Shown: positions 59,980-64,000 of the stretch, one piece after another
How the letters are laid out: every line of letters starts with the position of its first letter
Numbering within the stretch: the stretch's first letter is position 1
Assembly: GCF_046119375.1 (NCBI RefSeq)
Contig: NW_027362763.1
Location: forward strand, 416,020,001 to 416,084,000
Direction: 5' to 3'
Source of the DNA: Phyllobates terribilis
Taxonomy: Eukaryota
DNA: 64,000 bases
Translations under genes and position numbers: made by a program
Notes under the pieces: model-generated
Told to the model about the DNA's origin: nothing
Database searches by the model: none
The model's input: only the letters and a program-made list of their open reading frames with translations

Positions 59980-62570
59980 TCAATCAGAATTAGATCCTGA
60001 AGTTTCCCCAGAAAAATTACACTTGCAGAGCAAAGAGCAAGAATTACACATCATTTTTGCATGTGTCAGGCAGATTGCATTATGACATTTGTGACATTCA
60101 TTATTAGAAAGCCTTCTGATTCCGCTTTCCGTGGTGCAGGTGGTGCATCTCCTTCTTTTGGGAGGTGGTGCAGGTGGTGAATTTTCACTATCATCTTCTG
60201 GGCGGAATCTTTTGAGCTGAACTTGAAGTCGAGAGGGGATACCGATTGTTTTCATACTTCTCCTGCATAGCTCTCCAAGCACTAGTTCATGGGCCAATTT
60301 TTTTCAGATAGAATCGTCTACGGAGTGGTTCAAGCTTGTTTTCAAGGTAAATGACTTGTGAATTTATACCACCCAAATTCAACATAGCAAAAAATATGAC
60401 CATTGGCCAGCATTTGGTGTTTCTGCTGACGTTGAAAGTTGAGCACATCTGATCAGCTGTATCAACACCCCCTTTGGTTGCATTATAAAATGTAATTATC
60501 TCCGGTTTTTTTTGTGCCTCAGTCCCAGGATCGATGGCATCATCATCATGAAGTGTTGAGAGAAGAAGTACAATTTTTTTTGCTTGTGGTACATAGGAAA
60601 CCAAAACCTTTCCATTATGGAATGCAAACATACTGCTGTACTGTTGTCTCCCTTTCACACTTACAAACTGTGTAGGCAATTCTTTTTTATTTTTTCTTAC
60701 AGTTCCGACATATGAAAGCTTCTGCATTTTCAGATAATCAATCAGATCACAATTTGAAAACCAATTGTCAGCTGTTATATTGCGACCCGATCCAAATAAG
60801 GGCTCAGCCAGTCTTTTTACAACATCACTGGGTTTGTTGCTGACACAGTAAGGACCTTCTGGTTGTTATCCTGCATAAACTTCCAGGTTGTAAGGCTGCG
60901 TGCCCACGTTGCGGATTATAAGCGTTTTTGCTGCGGATTTTCCGCAGCGGAAACGCTTGTTAAACGCTAGGTAATCCGCACCCCATGGTCCCCAAGGGGA
61001 TTCCGCATGTTCTATGCACATGCTACGGATTTTTCCGCAGCGTTTATGCTGCGTACAAAAATCCGCAGCATGTAATTTAATTTTGCGGAAGCGCAGCGGA
61101 ACTCCCGCCATTGACTTGCATTGAGACGCACAGAAACTGCGACTGTACATTTGTACAAGCGGCTTCTATGCGTCTCTATGTGCGGATGGTACCCAGTTCT
61201 GGAGGAGAGGAGACTCTCATCCAGACCTGGGTACCATTGTACCTGTAAAAAAAGAATAAAATAACAAATAAATTTTATACTCACCTTTCCGAAGGCTTCT
61301 CTTTGAATGCCAGCAGCGCTGAAGGACCTTCGGTGACCGCAGGCCCTTCACCGCTCTGTCTCGCGATATGCCGGCAGCCGGGAACCAGCCAGGAAGCAGC
61401 GCTGCAGCCACGCCGGGGCCTCGGGGGTGAGTATAGCTTTATTTGTTTTAATTTTTACGGTTCACACTGTATAAATCCATGCTGTTTGCATGGATTTATA
61501 CAGTGTGACCTAGTTGTCAAGCACTTTCCAAGTGATGCTATCGCCTGGAAAGCGCTTGTCAATCTGCATGCGGAAACGCATGTGGATCCGCATGTATTCT
61601 GCAGGAAAAACGCATGCACAATCTGCATGCGTTTTTTCTGCCAGGGAGATGCAGAAATGCTGCAGAAATTTTCTGCTTCATTTCTGCATCGTGGGCACAT
61701 AGCCTAAGTGTAGGTCTTACTGGCATCAACAAGGGCATACATTTTTATTCCATATTTGTTAGGCTTTGATGGAATATATTGACGAAAGGCACATTTACCA
61801 CGAAAACCAGGGAGCACTTCGTCAATAGTGAGATTCTCCCCAGGGCAATAGCTTTTTTTACAGTTTTCAACAAATTTTTGGAATATATCACGAATTGGAG
61901 CAAGTCGGTCATGTGTTTTACGTTTGGTTCGGGTAGTTCTGTCGTCAAACCGAAGGCAACGAATTAGAAGCTTGAATCTGTTTATGGACATAACAAGGCC
62001 AAATTTTTCAACTCCATCCCCATCTTTACTTCAAAGTTCCTCCAAACTTTGTCTATTTTCCCTATAAGCTCCTGCAAGGTATAATAATCAAAAAAAAGCA
62101 CGCAGTTCTATTTCATCTGTGGCCTTGATGGTTCTGTTGCAGATGAACTTGTCCTTTATAATGTCTATATATTGGTTGGTATATGTGACAATAGAGTCCA
62201 GAATGTCATCTGTGAATAAACTATTCCAGCATTCAACTGCAGTTTTTGCATTACTTGCAGTTCCTATAACTGCAGGAAGGTGAGTAATAATGTTTTGAGG
62301 TTCCCTACGTTTTTTCTGGAGTGGCTTCTTTTTCCATTGTTTTTTTTTATCTTTTCCCATATAATAAGATTCTACATCTTCATCCTCATCACTGTCACCA
62401 TCTCGCTCTGTTTCAGAATCCACTTCACATACTTCCACCTCATCATGAGAATCAATCTCACTTTCCTCTGCTAAATCCTCATTCAGTGTGGGGTCTGCAT
62501 CATCTAACAGCATGTTTGTTACTTCCTCAACATCAAGGTTTTTTGATAAATTGTACATTTCACTCTCCAT
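59980..62570 (-). pseudogene. piggyBac transposase pseudogene
   Basis: DDD motifs LTIDE, ITADNWFS and GGVDTADQ, plus a C-terminal Cys-rich domain (CTTC..CHKC..ICLTH..CNSC). I count three nonsense codons, one frameshift and one MITE insertion. Confidence 0.93.
60894..61704. mobile_element. Harbinger-type MITE, copy C (811 bp), inside the piggyBac ORF
   Basis: TIR GGCT(G/A)(C/T)GTGCCCACG, TSD TAA/TAA. Confidence 0.93.
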
Positions 62571-64000
62571 TTCAGCAGATAATCTGAAGCAAGCGAAGGA
62601 ATATGTGTTAGGGAACTACTGTATATGCCTGAGCAGCACACTTTCTTTTTTAATCTGCCTTATTTCTATGAAATATCCTCACACTTTGTGCTATACATTC
62701 ATAAAACAAGCTAAATAAACAATTGTGCTGAATAAAAACATAAAATACCAACCTTATTGAGTGTGACGTGTTCACATACAATGAGCCTGAGAGATTAGCG
62801 CAGTTATATCTGTCCTCCTGAAGCTCTGCAATCCAACTGTGGTATGAGGTTTCACAGAGCTGCTAGAGACAGGAGACTACCTGGAGGGAGGGGATTTCCT
62901 CACAATCTGGTGAGGAAGGAGAAATGAAAGTAAAAGAGATGTGCCTGTCAGGCCTATTGTATGTGACAGAGGGTTAAGGGAAGGCAGGCTTCGGATGGAA
63001 CGAGAAGAATTTTGAATTTGTTATCATCCATAGAGGAGAGGAGATCCCCCTCAATTCTATTATCACTGGACTCCGAAAAGGCATTTGACCGTATAAACTG
63101 GAACTACACGTTTGCCACCCTTGAAAAATTTGGATTTAAAGCGCAAATTCTAAGAGCAATTTCAGCTTTATACTCCTTCCCTTCAGCAAAAGTCTCTGTT
63201 AATAATCATTTTTCTAATTACTTCTCCATATCCGATGGTACTCGCCAGGGGTGCCCATTATCCCCATTACTCTTTACCTTGATTATGGAGCCTTTTGCTG
63301 AATCTATTAGGCGTAATCATTTAATAAGGGGTTTTGTTGCAAATTCAAGACAGCATCAAATAGGGCTCTTTGCAGATGATACACTAATTACAATTTCAGA
63401 TCCTATAAATTCATTACAAGCAGTTTTCTCAGTGATTGAGTCCTTTTCCTTGGTTTCTCATTATAAAGTAAATATAAAGAAATCAAAAATACTGTTTTTT
63501 TTTGCATAGATTCCAGCCTAAGGAAATCCCTAAAAATGAATTTCCTTACTCATGGGAGACATTTAGTATTCCTTATTTGGGGATAAAAATTGCTAATCCA
63601 AGCTACAAAATCTTACATGAAAATCCACGTAATATTCAGAAATCCAGATAAGATAACCTTACAACTTTAATAAATCCGATACGTCTTGGTTAGGCAGGAT
63701 TGTTCTTTTTAATATGATGATCCTTCCTAAACTTCAATATATATTTCGTACTATCCCTATCCAAATCCCTGACCATTGGATTAATAAACTGCAAAAACAA
63801 TTATCCAATTTTATATGGCAATCTAAACCCACTAGGATCTCAAAGCTTTCACTGTTTAAACATAAGAAAAATGGTGGAATCGGCCTACCCAATATCTATG
63901 CCTACCATGCTTCTAATATCATTCTTCAAAGTAGATACTGGTTCCTTGAGTCCAACAAATCTGCCTGGACGGAACTTGAAAAAGCTTCTAATAATAATTT

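Larger units (their letters stand above)
59647..62973 (-). mobile_element. piggyBac transposon (~2.5 kb without the nested MITE)
   Basis: TTAA TSD at 59643-59646 and 62974-62977. TIR CCCT(C/T)(C/T)GTCACATA. Confidence 0.95.
57973..64000 (+). pseudogene. L1-type LINE ORF2 (APE endonuclease plus RT), decayed, interrupted by a piggyBac, running off the window end
   Basis: Motifs ILSLNVKGLN, FQETK, KSPGPDG, YRPISLLN, QVGFVKGRQ (split by the piggyBac), LDSEKAFDRINW, GTRQGCPLSPLLF, LFADD and YLGI. Confidence 0.93.

Overview
Eukaryotic, repeat-saturated non-genic DNA. The repeat types present (V-SINE, CR1/L2/L1, Tc1, hAT, Harbinger/T2 MITEs, piggyBac, Gypsy, Copia) point to an amphibian, probably frog, genome; this is an inference. 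I recognise no host gene, rRNA, tRNA gene or CRISPR array. Most of the window resolves into nested transposons whose ends and target-site duplications (TSDs) can be read directly. (1) Three decayed copies of one hAT family (1-2654, 4943-10523, 48998-56931) plus a MITE with the same termini. (2) A decayed Gypsy element A (22249-34314, TSD GCTC, tRNA-Ser PBS) inserted in a MITE. It hosts a young, apparently coding-intact Tf1/sushi-type chromovirus B (25254-31989, TSD GTGAA). (3) Two solo LTRs structurally related to the LTRs of A. (4) An L1 ORF2 interrupted by a piggyBac that is itself interrupted by a MITE. (5) Copia, CR1, L2 and Tc1 remnants and TE-borne minisatellites. Most unusual observations: a second PBS-like site behind a 'ghost' LTR end inside the LTRs of three LTR lineages, followed by a conserved ~140-nt structured module; a complete minimal hammerhead-ribozyme-like fold with a U3-A8 core at 33201-33247; a self-priming signal in element B; and an 813-bp foldback insertion with a 15-bp TSD. 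All coordinates and alignments were done by eye.
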